Shown: in pieces, positions 49,373 to 58,160 of the stretch
Layout of the letters: each line of letters opens with the position of its first letter
How positions within the stretch are numbered: the stretch's first letter is position 1
Source: Bacilli bacterium
GTDB lineage: Bacteria; Bacillota_I; Bacilli_A; RF39; UBA660
Direction of reading: 5' to 3'
Assembly (NCBI GenBank): GCA_016283075.1
Contig: JAEEMF010000018.1
Span: 2,445 to 66,444 of the forward strand
Length of the DNA: 64,000 bases
Translations under genes and position numbers: made by a program
The notes under the pieces: model-generated
What the model saw: the letters and a program-made list of their open reading frames with translations, nothing else
What the model was told of the DNA's origin: nothing
The model's database searches: none

Positions 49373-50446
49373 TTAATTCTTACCTAAATAAATAATTTTT
49401 ACAGCTCCACTTCCAGATTTAGCACAATTACTAACTGCTATACTGCTATATCCATCAGGACAGTTAACACTATCTTTATTACTTCCTGTTGTTGAAATTG
49501 TTTTAGTAGCCGGTTCACTTGACTCTGTACATCCATAGCAGTACATTACTGCATCATGAAGACCAGAGTTACCGATATATCCGGAACCACCACCTCCACC
49601 AGAGTGAATTCCGCATCCTCCGCCGTAGAAGCCTCCTCCTCCAGATACTCTCATATAAGAGCCATATGAAGAGCTAGCATTACATCCTACACCAAATGTA
49701 GGAGCAGTAAAGCTTGAGTAAGAAGTTGATCCAGAGGTTCCTGCTTCAAGCTGTGTTCCACCAGTACCTGGTTTTCTATCAGTATTATTACTTCCTGTTC
49801 CACTTCCACCAGATGTACCACCACCTGATCCACCAGTACCATTTGTATTACCAGATCCAGAAGCAGAACCACCTCCACCACCAGCAACAATTAAAAGTTT
49901 GTCAGTATTAGAGGCATATTCAAAGAGTAATCCAGTTCCAATTAACTGAGTTGCAATATGAGTAGCTCCTCCTCCAGCTGAGCCTATATATCCGCCAGAC
50001 TGAATACTTGATCTACCTCCACCATTATATCCGCCATTACCAGAAGTACTACCAGATCCACCAACAACCACATAAAGTTTATCAAAACGATTTAATTCAA
50101 CAATACCAACTGAATATCCACCATATCCACCATTATAAGAATCACTAGCATCACCACCTGATGCACCCCATGCTTCTATCTTATAATGACCAAAATAAGG
50201 TGCAACAAATTCAACAACATCGCCTGAAGGTCCATATCTCCAGTCATGATTAATATAGTCACTATAAGTACCTATTTCTCCATATAAATAATCAAGTGCC
50301 TCTTTGGTATTTTCTACATCCCAGTCATCTTCTTCTGGAGTAAATCCTACTTCTTGTGCCAAATAAGAGTATGCTAAAACACTTAGTGCTAAACCTAAGC
50401 AAATACCAACTATAAGTATTGTTAAATCTCTTAAGCGTTTTTTCAT
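49373..50446 (-). CDS. secreted glycine-rich protein, Gly_rich-like domain (G3, subtype I)
   Basis: Motifs IEAWGASGGD, IVAGGGGG, GGGGFYGGG, GGGGGSGYIG, MYCYGCTESS; C-terminus GSGAVKIIYLG. Confidence 0.75.
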   Translation of the reverse strand: MKKRLRDLTILIVGICLGLALSVLAYSYLAQEVGFTPEEDDWDVENTKEALDYLYGEIGTYSDYINHDWRYGPSGDVVEFVAPYFGHYKIEAWGASGGDASDSYNGGYGGYSVGIVELNRFDKLYVVVGGSGSTSGNGGYNGGGRSSIQSGGYIGSAGGGATHIATQLIGTGLLFEYASNTDKLLIVAGGGGGSASGSGNTNGTGGSGGGTSGGSGTGSNNTDRKPGTGGTQLEAGTSGSTSYSSFTAPTFGVGCNASSSYGSYMRVSGGGGFYGGGCGIHSGGGGGSGYIGNSGLHDAVMYCYGCTESSEPATKTISTTGSNKDSVNCPDGYSSIAVSNCAKSGSGAVKIIYLGKN

Positions 50447-50462
50447 ACTTTATTCCTTTCTA
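50344..50462 (-). repeat. near-identical about 119-bp 5' segment shared with 51641..51759 (RBS plus first about 34 codons of G3 and G4)
   Basis: By-eye alignment shows only about 6 mismatches, whereas the rest of G3 and G4 belong to different subtypes. Confidence 0.8.
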
Positions 50463-51743
50463 CTGTCTGCCAAGATAAGTTATTCTTGCATATCCATCTC
50501 CTGTGTTACCTGTCATTGATGATAATGAACTATGACTTGGCATTCCTGTTACAGTTGATGCTTTAGCAGAAGTCCATTCATAGCCTTTTCCATCAACCAT
50601 TTTTGTATTCGTAAAATATAATCCACTATAATGAATACTACATTCATCACTTGATGTTGGATTAGATGAACATGACGATATTTTAACTTCACGTGGTTCA
50701 CTAGTTGAACCACTTTTTATTGCTACACAACCAGAGTGACCTGATATAAAAGAAGAACCTCCTCCGGCTGCTTTCCAAACACCGGCTCCTCCACCGTAAT
50801 AGCCTCCGCCTCCGCCACCTTGAGAGATGTCAGATCTAGAAGGATTTGTTATTGTAGCACCTTTACCAAATTTACCTGGATAAGTATTAGTAAGGCTAGT
50901 ACTTTGCCAGTCATGTACACTAGTACCACCAGAACTTTGCCCTCCTGATATTTGAGTACCACCTGTTGGAGTTACAGTTGAGAATCCTCCAGTACTAGCT
51001 ACATAAGCGGCGTAAGCGGTTAATCCTCCAGCTGATCCTCCGTCAATTATTGAATAGTTGCTAGCAGTAGCATAATTTTGATGCATACCACCGCCTCCTC
51101 CAGCAACCATAATTCTAGAGTTTAGTCCTATATCTGAATCCCAAGCAAGTTGTCCTGATGTTGGAGTAGTACCAAAATATCTAATATCGGTAGCACCTCC
51201 ACCACTTGATATTTGTCTATAATATCCAGCACTTTCTCTTAAATATCCATCGGCGCCACCATTGTAACCACCTGTTGCAGTTCCAACACCAGCCGAATAT
51301 CTTTGAACACCTTTTCCACCTACAAAAACATATAATTTTATTGTTGGGTCTAATGATATTTCACCTTTGGTATAACCACCTTTACCACCTACAGCATTAC
51401 CGTTTAAACCGTCATTTGATAAATCTTCTCCATCTCCTCCGGATGCTCCCCATAGTTCAATTCTATAGTCACCATCACAAGGTGGTTCAAATAAATCTCC
51501 AAATCCTAAATAACCACTTTCATAAACTACATCTCCTGGAACATATCTACAACTAAAATCACATGATTTAGCTACATCGCGAAGATCATCTATTGCATCT
51601 TTTGTATTATCTACATTCCATTCTGTATCAGTAGGAGAATATCCTACTTCTTGAGCTAAATAAGAGTATGCTAAAACACTTAGAGTTAAACCTAAGCAAA
51701 TACCAACTATAAATATTGTTAAATCTCTTAAGCGTTTTTTCAT
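50460..51743 (-). CDS. secreted glycine-rich protein, Gly_rich-like domain (G4, subtype II)
   Basis: Motifs IELWGASGGD, MVAGGGGG, GGGGGGYYGGG, GGGSSFISGHSGCVAI; C-terminus GDGYARITYLG. Confidence 0.75.
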   Translation of the reverse strand: MKKRLRDLTIFIVGICLGLTLSVLAYSYLAQEVGYSPTDTEWNVDNTKDAIDDLRDVAKSCDFSCRYVPGDVVYESGYLGFGDLFEPPCDGDYRIELWGASGGDGEDLSNDGLNGNAVGGKGGYTKGEISLDPTIKLYVFVGGKGVQRYSAGVGTATGGYNGGADGYLRESAGYYRQISSGGGATDIRYFGTTPTSGQLAWDSDIGLNSRIMVAGGGGGMHQNYATASNYSIIDGGSAGGLTAYAAYVASTGGFSTVTPTGGTQISGGQSSGGTSVHDWQSTSLTNTYPGKFGKGATITNPSRSDISQGGGGGGYYGGGAGVWKAAGGGSSFISGHSGCVAIKSGSTSEPREVKISSCSSNPTSSDECSIHYSGLYFTNTKMVDGKGYEWTSAKASTVTGMPSHSSLSSMTGNTGDGYARITYLGRQ

Positions 51744-51759
51744 ACTTTATTCCTTTCTA
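51641..51759 (-). repeat. partner copy of repeat 50344..50462
   Basis: Same alignment: ...ATCCTACTTCTTG..AAATAAGAGTATGCTAAAACACTTAG...CTCTTAAGCGTTTTTTCATACTTTATTCCTTTCTA. Confidence 0.8.
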
Positions 51760-52272
51760 TTAGTTAAAATTATTTTTCACAAAATTCAAGTGAGACCATA
51801 CCCCAGTATTATTTCCTGTAGCTCTAATTGTAATTGATACTTGCTGACCTTTTTCTAAATTTATAATTGTATTTTCAATAAATCCCCAAGTATTTACACT
51901 TCTATTTGTATGGTTAACACCATCTACTTTAATAGTCCAAGATGAACTAGCCATAGCTGAACCAGCAGCTCTAACCCCATAACTAATAATAATAGTTCCT
52001 TTTGTTGTTGCTGTATATGAGGCAGAACATGATGGATTATTTTGACTAGCTCCATAAAAACATCCACCAACTGTTTTTATCTCAACGTTCTCATTAGCTA
52101 TTCTATATAAATCATCTAAAGCTTCTTTTGAATCTTCGACATCCCACTCCAAGTCAGTAGGAGTAAACCCAACATCCTGTGCAAAATAAGAGTATGCAAA
52201 AACAGCACTTATACTACATACAAGTACTCCAAGCATAAAGAAAAACAATCTACTTCTAAATATTTTCTTCAT
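51760..52272 (-). CDS. secreted protein with the array's shared N-module but a non-glycine-rich beta-rich C-domain
   Basis: MKKIFRSRLFFFMLGVLVCSISAVFA|YSYFAQDVGFTPTDLEWDVEDSKEALDDLY, followed by an about 110-aa domain without Gly runs. By homology with its neighbours, the second ATG (52272) is the start. Confidence 0.7.
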   Translation of the reverse strand: MKKIFRSRLFFFMLGVLVCSISAVFAYSYFAQDVGFTPTDLEWDVEDSKEALDDLYRIANENVEIKTVGGCFYGASQNNPSCSASYTATTKGTIIISYGVRAAGSAMASSSWTIKVDGVNHTNRSVNTWGFIENTIINLEKGQQVSITIRATGNNTGVWSHLNFVKNNFN

Positions 52273-52290
52273 ACGCATACTCTTTTCTAT

Positions 52291-53448
52291 TTATTCACCT
52301 AAATAGGTTATTCTTGCATATCCAGCACCGCTTTTAGCACACATGCTTACTGGACTATTACTATATCCACTTGAACAGTTACTATTTCTTTCATCTTCGT
52401 GTGTTGTTATTCCATATGTTGATACTGTATAAGTTGATAAATCACTACTTTCAGTGCAGTTATAACAGTACATTTTATTTACTATATTATTTGCTTCATT
52501 TTGTATAAGACGGTTACTTCCTATATAACCAGATCCTCCACCTGCTCCAAGTCCACTAGATGAGTACCCACCGTAGAAGCCTCCGCCTCCGCCAGCTTCA
52601 CCATAGTAGTTCATCCATCCGCCTTGACCAAATGTTCCAGCATTAAAGTATGAACCTGTTCTTGTATCTGCAACTTGTAATCCACCATATCCGCCGGCAG
52701 GGCTATAGGTTCCGCAAGATCCTTTATTATAGTCGTAAGCGTCTACTCCGTTTACGCCTCCGCCGTGTCCGCCAGAACCATAACACACATATCTATTGCT
52801 ATTGTTGTAGTAACCGGAGCCTCCACCACCACCAGCAACAATTAGTAGTTTTCCTGTACTAACATGTGCTGATAGGTTTTTAAGTTCTCCGGAAACTAAA
52901 GCAAAACTAGTTGCTCCTCCACCAGAACCATAACATTCACCATTTGCACCACTTCCGTCAGATGCTCTACCTTTACCACCGCCATTATATCCTCCATCAA
53001 CTGGGGTATTATTTTTAGTAGCAGTAAGTCCTTGCCCTCCAACATTTACATAAATAGAGGTCCCTTCTTCTATCTCCATAGTTCCTGTAGAATATCCACC
53101 ATATCCTCCTGGTTTAGAAGCACAGTCAGAGTCTCCTCCTTGTGCTCCCCAGGCTTCTAGTTTATAAGTTCCTGTACATTCCGGATTAAATACTTGCTGA
53201 GCACCAGTACTTCCTCCTTCAAAAACGATATCACCATTAGAATAAGGACATGTTACTCTACAACCACTTGTTATATCATTTAAATCATTTAAAGCCTGAC
53301 TTACATTTTGAACGTTCCACTCAGTATCATTTGATGTAAATCCTAAATTTATAGATGCATAATCATATGCTAAAACGGCACTTATCATACTAAACATAAG
53401 TGCTCCAAGAATAAAGAAAAATATTCTCGATTTTAGCATTTTTTTCAT
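52291..53448 (-). CDS. secreted glycine-rich protein, Gly_rich-like domain (G5, subtype I)
   Basis: Motifs LEAWGAQGGD, IVAGGGGG, GGGGGFYGGY, GAGGGSGYIG, MYCYNCTESS; C-terminus GAGYARITYLG. Confidence 0.75.
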   Translation of the reverse strand: MKKMLKSRIFFFILGALMFSMISAVLAYDYASINLGFTSNDTEWNVQNVSQALNDLNDITSGCRVTCPYSNGDIVFEGGSTGAQQVFNPECTGTYKLEAWGAQGGDSDCASKPGGYGGYSTGTMEIEEGTSIYVNVGGQGLTATKNNTPVDGGYNGGGKGRASDGSGANGECYGSGGGATSFALVSGELKNLSAHVSTGKLLIVAGGGGGSGYYNNSNRYVCYGSGGHGGGVNGVDAYDYNKGSCGTYSPAGGYGGLQVADTRTGSYFNAGTFGQGGWMNYYGEAGGGGGFYGGYSSSGLGAGGGSGYIGSNRLIQNEANNIVNKMYCYNCTESSDLSTYTVSTYGITTHEDERNSNCSSGYSNSPVSMCAKSGAGYARITYLGE

Positions 53449-53461
53449 ATGCATATCCTTT

Positions 53462-54622
53462 CTAATTTAAAGAAGTATAGGTAATACGAATATAACCATT
53501 ACCTGCTTTAGCGCATCCACTTATAGGAAATGAATCATATCCACTAGTACAGCTTTCATTTCTTTCAGCAGTATGAGTACTTGTTCCATGCGTTGAAACT
53601 GTGTATGTTCTAAGTTCACTACTTTCTAGGCAGTCATAACAAAACATTTTATTTAATATGTTATTACTAATATTTTGAACAAGAAGCTGACTTCCAATAT
53701 ACCCAGAACCACCACCTGATCCTAAAGCTCCAGATGAGTATCCGCCGTAAAAGCCTCCGCCTCCGCCAGACTGTCCAAAGTTATCTAGCCATCCACCTTG
53801 TCCAAAAGAACCAGGTCCCATATAAGTAGCAGTCCTAGTATCAGCAACCTGCATTCCACCATATCCACCAGATGATGCTACAGCGTTACAACTATTTTTA
53901 GCCCAGTCATAAGCGTCTACTCCGTTTACTCCTCCGCCGTGTCCGCCAGATCCATAACATCTATATGAGCCCATAGAATGGTAGTAGGAAGATCCTCCGC
54001 CACCACCAGCTACAACTAATATTTTTCCATCTTCTATATGTTCGGATAATGTATTTAAAGTACCAGAATTTAAGGCTACTGAAGTAGCACCTCCTCCTGA
54101 TCCAGAACACTCACCTTGTGAACCTAGACCATCAGAAATTCTACCTTTACCACCACCATTATATCCGCCATCTACTGGACTATTATTATTAGTAGCAGTA
54201 TTTCCTTTTCCACCAACATTTATAAATAAAGGAGTTCCTACATTTATATTGGCATATACTACTGAATATCCTCCATATCCACCTGGTCTTGAATCACAAG
54301 ATGCATCTCCACCTTGCGCACCCCATACTTCAATTTTATATGTTCCACTACACAGAGGAGTAAAGGTGTCTTGCTCTCCTATATAGTTTGAAGTATATAC
54401 TACTGAATCATGTTCATAAGGGCATCCAAATTCACATGTATTAGTTACACTGTATAAATCATCTAAGGCTTCAGTTACATTTTCAACTGGCCACTCTTCG
54501 TCATCAGGAGTAAAGCTAAAACTAGACGATACATAATCATATGCTAAAACAGCACTTATACTACCAAAAATAAGTGCTCCAAGGACAAAGAAAAAAGTTC
54601 TTGATTCTAGCATTTTCCTCAT
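53462..54622 (-). CDS. secreted glycine-rich protein, Gly_rich-like domain (G6, subtype I)
   Basis: Start MRKMLESRTFFF at 54622 has an AGGGAG RBS; the track start at 54682 is an extension. Motifs IEVWGAQGGD, VVAGGGGG, GGGGGFYGGY, GSGGGSGYIG; C-terminus GNGYIRITY. Confidence 0.75.
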   Translation of the reverse strand: MRKMLESRTFFFVLGALIFGSISAVLAYDYVSSSFSFTPDDEEWPVENVTEALDDLYSVTNTCEFGCPYEHDSVVYTSNYIGEQDTFTPLCSGTYKIEVWGAQGGDASCDSRPGGYGGYSVVYANINVGTPLFINVGGKGNTATNNNSPVDGGYNGGGKGRISDGLGSQGECSGSGGGATSVALNSGTLNTLSEHIEDGKILVVAGGGGGSSYYHSMGSYRCYGSGGHGGGVNGVDAYDWAKNSCNAVASSGGYGGMQVADTRTATYMGPGSFGQGGWLDNFGQSGGGGGFYGGYSSGALGSGGGSGYIGSQLLVQNISNNILNKMFCYDCLESSELRTYTVSTHGTSTHTAERNESCTSGYDSFPISGCAKAGNGYIRITYTSLN

Positions 54623-54670
54623 AAGCCTACACTCCCTATTGTATATATTAATTATATCATATAAATCCAT

Positions 54671-54700
54671 AACAAAAAACATATAGTTGACTATATGTTT
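54671..54700 (-). terminator. terminator-like hairpin in the leader of the glycine-rich array
   Basis: AAACATATAG-TTGA-CTATATGTTT (10-bp arms) followed by TTTGTT on the minus strand, about 50 nt upstream of the G6 start. Confidence 0.45.
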
Positions 54701-54759
54701 TACTATTTAATCAAATATATTCCATATCCTTGTATTATATATAAATAATATTTTAGTCA

Positions 54760-54786
54760 ATAAAAAGGCGAGTTATATCTCGCCTT
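54760..54786 (-). terminator. rho-independent terminator after the GNAT gene
   Basis: AAGGCGAG-TTATAT-CTCGCCTT spanning the stop codon, with a T-run on the minus strand. Confidence 0.65.
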
Positions 54787-55264
54787 TAAATGTCATATGA
54801 TAATCATCTTCATGCTTACCTGGACCATCTATTACAAATCCTACTTTTTCATAACAATGAATTGCTCTAGGATTAAAGTTAAATACATTTAAATGAAAGC
54901 CTTTAATACCTTTATCATGTCCATATTTAAGTATAGCTTTAATAGACTCTGTACCATATCCTTTATCTTGTTTATCACTTGTTATACATATACCAAGTTC
55001 TGCTATATCAGTAGGTTCTTTAAGTTCAATACTTCCTATAAATTCATTAGTACCCTTTTCTATCATAGAAAATATCATATTGTTATTACTATTTATTTTA
55101 ATCCATTCTTTCTCATCATCATAAGAATACTCTCTTATATTATGAGTAATATATTTTTGTACATCAAAATCATTAACCATTTTTAGATAGTCATCTATTA
55201 ATAAATCAGTTAGCTTTATATAGTAGATTCTATCTGATTCAAATATTATATCGTATTTATCCAT
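54773..55264 (-). CDS. GNAT family N-acetyltransferase (RimJ/RimL-like)
   Basis: Pattern IGSIELKEP..IAELGICITSDKQDKGYGTESIKAILKYGHD; Acetyltransf_3-like. Confidence 0.75.
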   Translation of the reverse strand: MDKYDIIFESDRIYYIKLTDLLIDDYLKMVNDFDVQKYITHNIREYSYDDEKEWIKINSNNNMIFSMIEKGTNEFIGSIELKEPTDIAELGICITSDKQDKGYGTESIKAILKYGHDKGIKGFHLNVFNFNPRAIHCYEKVGFVIDGPGKHEDDYHMTFKGEI

Positions 55265-55266
55265 AA

Positions 55267-56058
55267 TTACCCTCCAAATCCAAATAAATTATTGCTTTCA
55301 TATTTTTTAAGTGATTTATAGAAAAATAGTACTGAAACTATAACCCAAAATACTGTAAGAACTAGTATTAAAAGGAAACTATTTATATCAAAGTTTTTCA
55401 TTATTTCAACTGGTAGTACTCCTATTAAAAGTGATGGCATTACAAATATAAAGATAATTCTAAGTAGTCCTGTAAATGCTCCACCGTGGTATAGTGAGTT
55501 GCTTATAAACATACCATAAAGTCCAGTTGAAATATTTCTTCCATCTAGTAAGTAGAAAGATACTGTCATACATATTAAACTAAATGAATAAAATATTATA
55601 GATACAATTATTGTAAATAGTATCATAAGTAATATTTGTACCATAGATATTTTTGCTACTACTATATAGATTCCTCCACAAATAAGTCCAAATAACATAT
55701 CTCCTATGGCACTTGTTTGAAACTTAGATACTGATATTTTAAGTAGTAAATTCTTAGGTGTAAGTAAGAACTTATCTAAGTTACCTGTAACTATATAGTT
55801 AGGTATTTCTACCATTCCATAGAAGAAAGCATTTACTATTCCAAAAGCAAAAGAGTTTATTGCATATAATCCAAATATATCTGTTGCAACCCATCCATTT
55901 AATACCCCTACTGTTTTACCAAAATAGTACCATAATATAGTAAAAGCTACGTTATTAATAGCCATACCTATTATAGAGATAATAAATGAACTTTTTAATT
56001 CTTTTTCATTTTTCATATTCTTTAGTATATTTACTAAACCAAATTTTATGTTTTTCAT
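55267..56058 (-). CDS. ABC-2 family transporter permease (DUF990-like)
   Basis: 6-TM permease directly downstream of a paralogous permease and an ABC ATPase. Confidence 0.7.
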   Translation of the reverse strand: MKNIKFGLVNILKNMKNEKELKSSFIISIIGMAINNVAFTILWYYFGKTVGVLNGWVATDIFGLYAINSFAFGIVNAFFYGMVEIPNYIVTGNLDKFLLTPKNLLLKISVSKFQTSAIGDMLFGLICGGIYIVVAKISMVQILLMILFTIIVSIIFYSFSLICMTVSFYLLDGRNISTGLYGMFISNSLYHGGAFTGLLRIIFIFVMPSLLIGVLPVEIMKNFDINSFLLILVLTVFWVIVSVLFFYKSLKKYESNNLFGFGG

Positions 56059-56060
56059 AA

Positions 56061-56858
56061 TTATCCTCCATTTATCATAGCTTTTTCTTTAGATTTTTTA
56101 TAAACAAAGAATAATATAAGCCCAAATACTAAGATCCATATTATTTGCATTCCTATCATCTTGTAACAGTTAGTATTCCATGAATCATATACTGTACTAG
56201 AAGCAAAGTTAATTGCTCCAAAAGGACTAGCATATGCCATTATTTTCATTACTTTAGGAAACATTGATATAGGAAGGTAACTTCCACCTAGTACCATTAT
56301 TAATTTATCTACTACCCAGTGTACTGGTCTTATATCTTGAATATAGAAAGATAATAGTCCAATAAGTCCATAGATAAATAAGGCAAGTATTTGTCCTAGT
56401 ACTAAAGCAAGTATTAGTGTTGGAATAAATAGTACTGGATTAACACTAGGTACTCCTATAGAAATAATCATTATAATAGCACCTATAATACTTATCATTA
56501 CAAATGAGAATAGTCCTTGACCAAGTACTCTCATAAAACTAAGTGTTAAATAACTTCTTGGTCTATTCATAAACATTTCTACATTACCACTTTTAACATC
56601 AGACATTATTTCATTATCTAAATGTCTTAAGTTAAGTGTCATTATACAGAAGTACATAAACATACTCCACATAGTAGTTTTATAGTCTACTCCGTTTATA
56701 GTTCCGCCTTGTATCTTAAAGATATATGCATATAAAAGGAATACTATAAAACATCTAGCTATCATATTAGCAATATCAAGAATTATATTAGTACGATTTT
56801 GCATTTGATTCTTCATAAATATTTTAATGATATTTAAAGAGAATCTAGTTTTTTTCAT
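56061..56858 (-). CDS. ABC-2 family transporter permease (DUF990-like)
   Basis: 6-TM permease. Start overlaps the ATPase 3' end. Confidence 0.7.
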   Translation of the reverse strand: MKKTRFSLNIIKIFMKNQMQNRTNIILDIANMIARCFIVFLLYAYIFKIQGGTINGVDYKTTMWSMFMYFCIMTLNLRHLDNEIMSDVKSGNVEMFMNRPRSYLTLSFMRVLGQGLFSFVMISIIGAIIMIISIGVPSVNPVLFIPTLILALVLGQILALFIYGLIGLLSFYIQDIRPVHWVVDKLIMVLGGSYLPISMFPKVMKIMAYASPFGAINFASSTVYDSWNTNCYKMIGMQIIWILVFGLILFFVYKKSKEKAMINGG

Positions 56859-57825
56859 AAATACTTCTAATTATACTTTCAAGTGATTCATTATCAATAT
56901 TTATGTCATCAATATCAAATCTTTTTATTAATTCTTGAAGTGCTTTTTGAGTATGTATTACCTCAGTATCAACAAGTACTATTATTTGACTCTTACTCTT
57001 TTTAGTATAAGTCATTCCTTCTGGTAAATCAGGGAATTCTATAAACTCAGTATTAGGAGTAATAATAATATTTTTATTTTTTACATAGTCACTTAGAAGT
57101 TTCTTAGTAGAAGTATCAATAATAATACGCCCGTGATTAATAATTACACATCTTTCACAAATACTTTGAATATCTTCAGTATCATGACTAGTTAAAAAGA
57201 TTGTTACTTTTTCTTCTTTGTTTATTTTTAAAAGTAAATCCCTTAAATTCTTTTTAGATACTACATCTAGTCCAATAGTAGGTTCATCTAAAAAGATAAT
57301 TTTAGGTCTATGGATTAAAGAAGTTGCTATCTCAGCTCTCATACGTTGACCTAGAGATAGTTTTCTAACTGGTTGTTTAATAAATTCTTTTAAATCAAAT
57401 AGTTTAGTTAACTCTTCTATTCTCTTTTTAATATCTTCTTTATCCATATCATACATTGTTCCAAACATTTCCATACTTTCAGTAAGTGGAAGGTTTGGTA
57501 AAAGCTGACTTCTTTGACCAAATACTGTACCAATCTCATAAGCCAGTTTATTACGATCTTTTATAGGAGTGTAGCCGCATATGGTAATGTCACCTTTAGT
57601 TGGGTATAAAATACCTGTAAGCATTTTAATTGTTGTAGATTTACCAGCTCCGTTAGGTCCTATAAAAGCAATAGTTTCTCCTTCTTCTACGTCAAAGGAA
57701 ATATTATTAACTGCTTTCACAACTTTTTCTTCTTCGTGAAATAGATTATATATAAAGCCTTTCCCCTCTTTTTTCACTTTATATTTATAATCTTTTGATA
57801 AATTTTTTACTTCAATTATTTTCAT
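56845..57825 (-). CDS. ABC transporter ATP-binding protein
   Basis: True start [13 protein letters not shown] at 57825 with an AGGAGAGG RBS. Walker [10 protein letters not shown], signature LSLGQRMR, Walker B IIFLDEPT. Confidence 0.9.
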   Translation of the reverse strand: MKIIEVKNLSKDYKYKVKKEGKGFIYNLFHEEEKVVKAVNNISFDVEEGETIAFIGPNGAGKSTTIKMLTGILYPTKGDITICGYTPIKDRNKLAYEIGTVFGQRSQLLPNLPLTESMEMFGTMYDMDKEDIKKRIEELTKLFDLKEFIKQPVRKLSLGQRMRAEIATSLIHRPKIIFLDEPTIGLDVVSKKNLRDLLLKINKEEKVTIFLTSHDTEDIQSICERCVIINHGRIIIDTSTKKLLSDYVKNKNIIITPNTEFIEFPDLPEGMTYTKKSKSQIIVLVDTEVIHTQKALQELIKRFDIDDINIDNESLESIIRSIYEKN

Positions 57826-58160
57826 ATAATCCTCTCCTATTCTTATTCCTATTTCATATTTTACTATGAAAAAAGCGCGTAAGTCCACTAATAATTTTTT
57901 AATTATTAGTGACTCCGCGCATATTTGCCCGTGTAAGAAAATATTCCCTGTGTAGCTCGATAACTTATACACACTCACTTTTTCCAACAATATTTTTTAT
58001 TAATCTGCAACTCCTAGATTAATTAGCTTACGCAGGTGACAAACAAAAAAGCCACGAGCAAAACTGTTCGTGACTCCAATTACTATTGTGTAGGTATTAA
58101 CCCGAGATAGCTCGCTTACGCTTATATCTCCTCACTTAACTACATAATAACATAATTTTT
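57826..58160 (-). promoter_or_regulatory. structured 5' leader or ncRNA candidate with two intrinsic-terminator hairpins
   Basis: Locally GC-enriched 335-nt non-coding gap. Hairpin plus T-run at 58044-58074 (GCCACGAGCAAAACTGTTCGTGAC). Long hairpin plus T6 at 57869-57920 (GCGCGGAGTCACTAATAATT...AATTATTAGTGGACTTACGCGC). Repeated CGTAAGC, GGAGTCAC and GAGCTA words. Confidence 0.5.

Noticed and set aside
46977-54622. Periodic GGTGG/CCACC-rich DNA that superficially looks like a repeat array or CRISPR
   Set aside because: The periodicity is codon-level glycine repetition inside long ORFs. There are no uniform direct repeats with unique spacers and no cas genes.
53462-54682. 20-codon N-terminal extension of G6 (MFFVMDLYDIINIYNRECRL...)
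   Set aside because: Paralogs all start at the M[KR]K... signal peptide, and an AGGGAG RBS precedes the ATG at 54622.
57826-57990. 55-codon N-terminal extension of the ABC ATPase ORF
   Set aside because: The extension runs through a terminator hairpin. The internal ATG at 57825 has an AGGAGAGG RBS and gives the normal ABC N-terminus.
57826-58160. T-box, glycine, ykkC/guanidine or c-di-GMP riboswitch identity for the leader
   Set aside because: I could not find the defining cores (e.g. GGUGGNACCGCG for T-box; ACGCAAAGC for GEMM-I). It is left as an unclassified structured leader.
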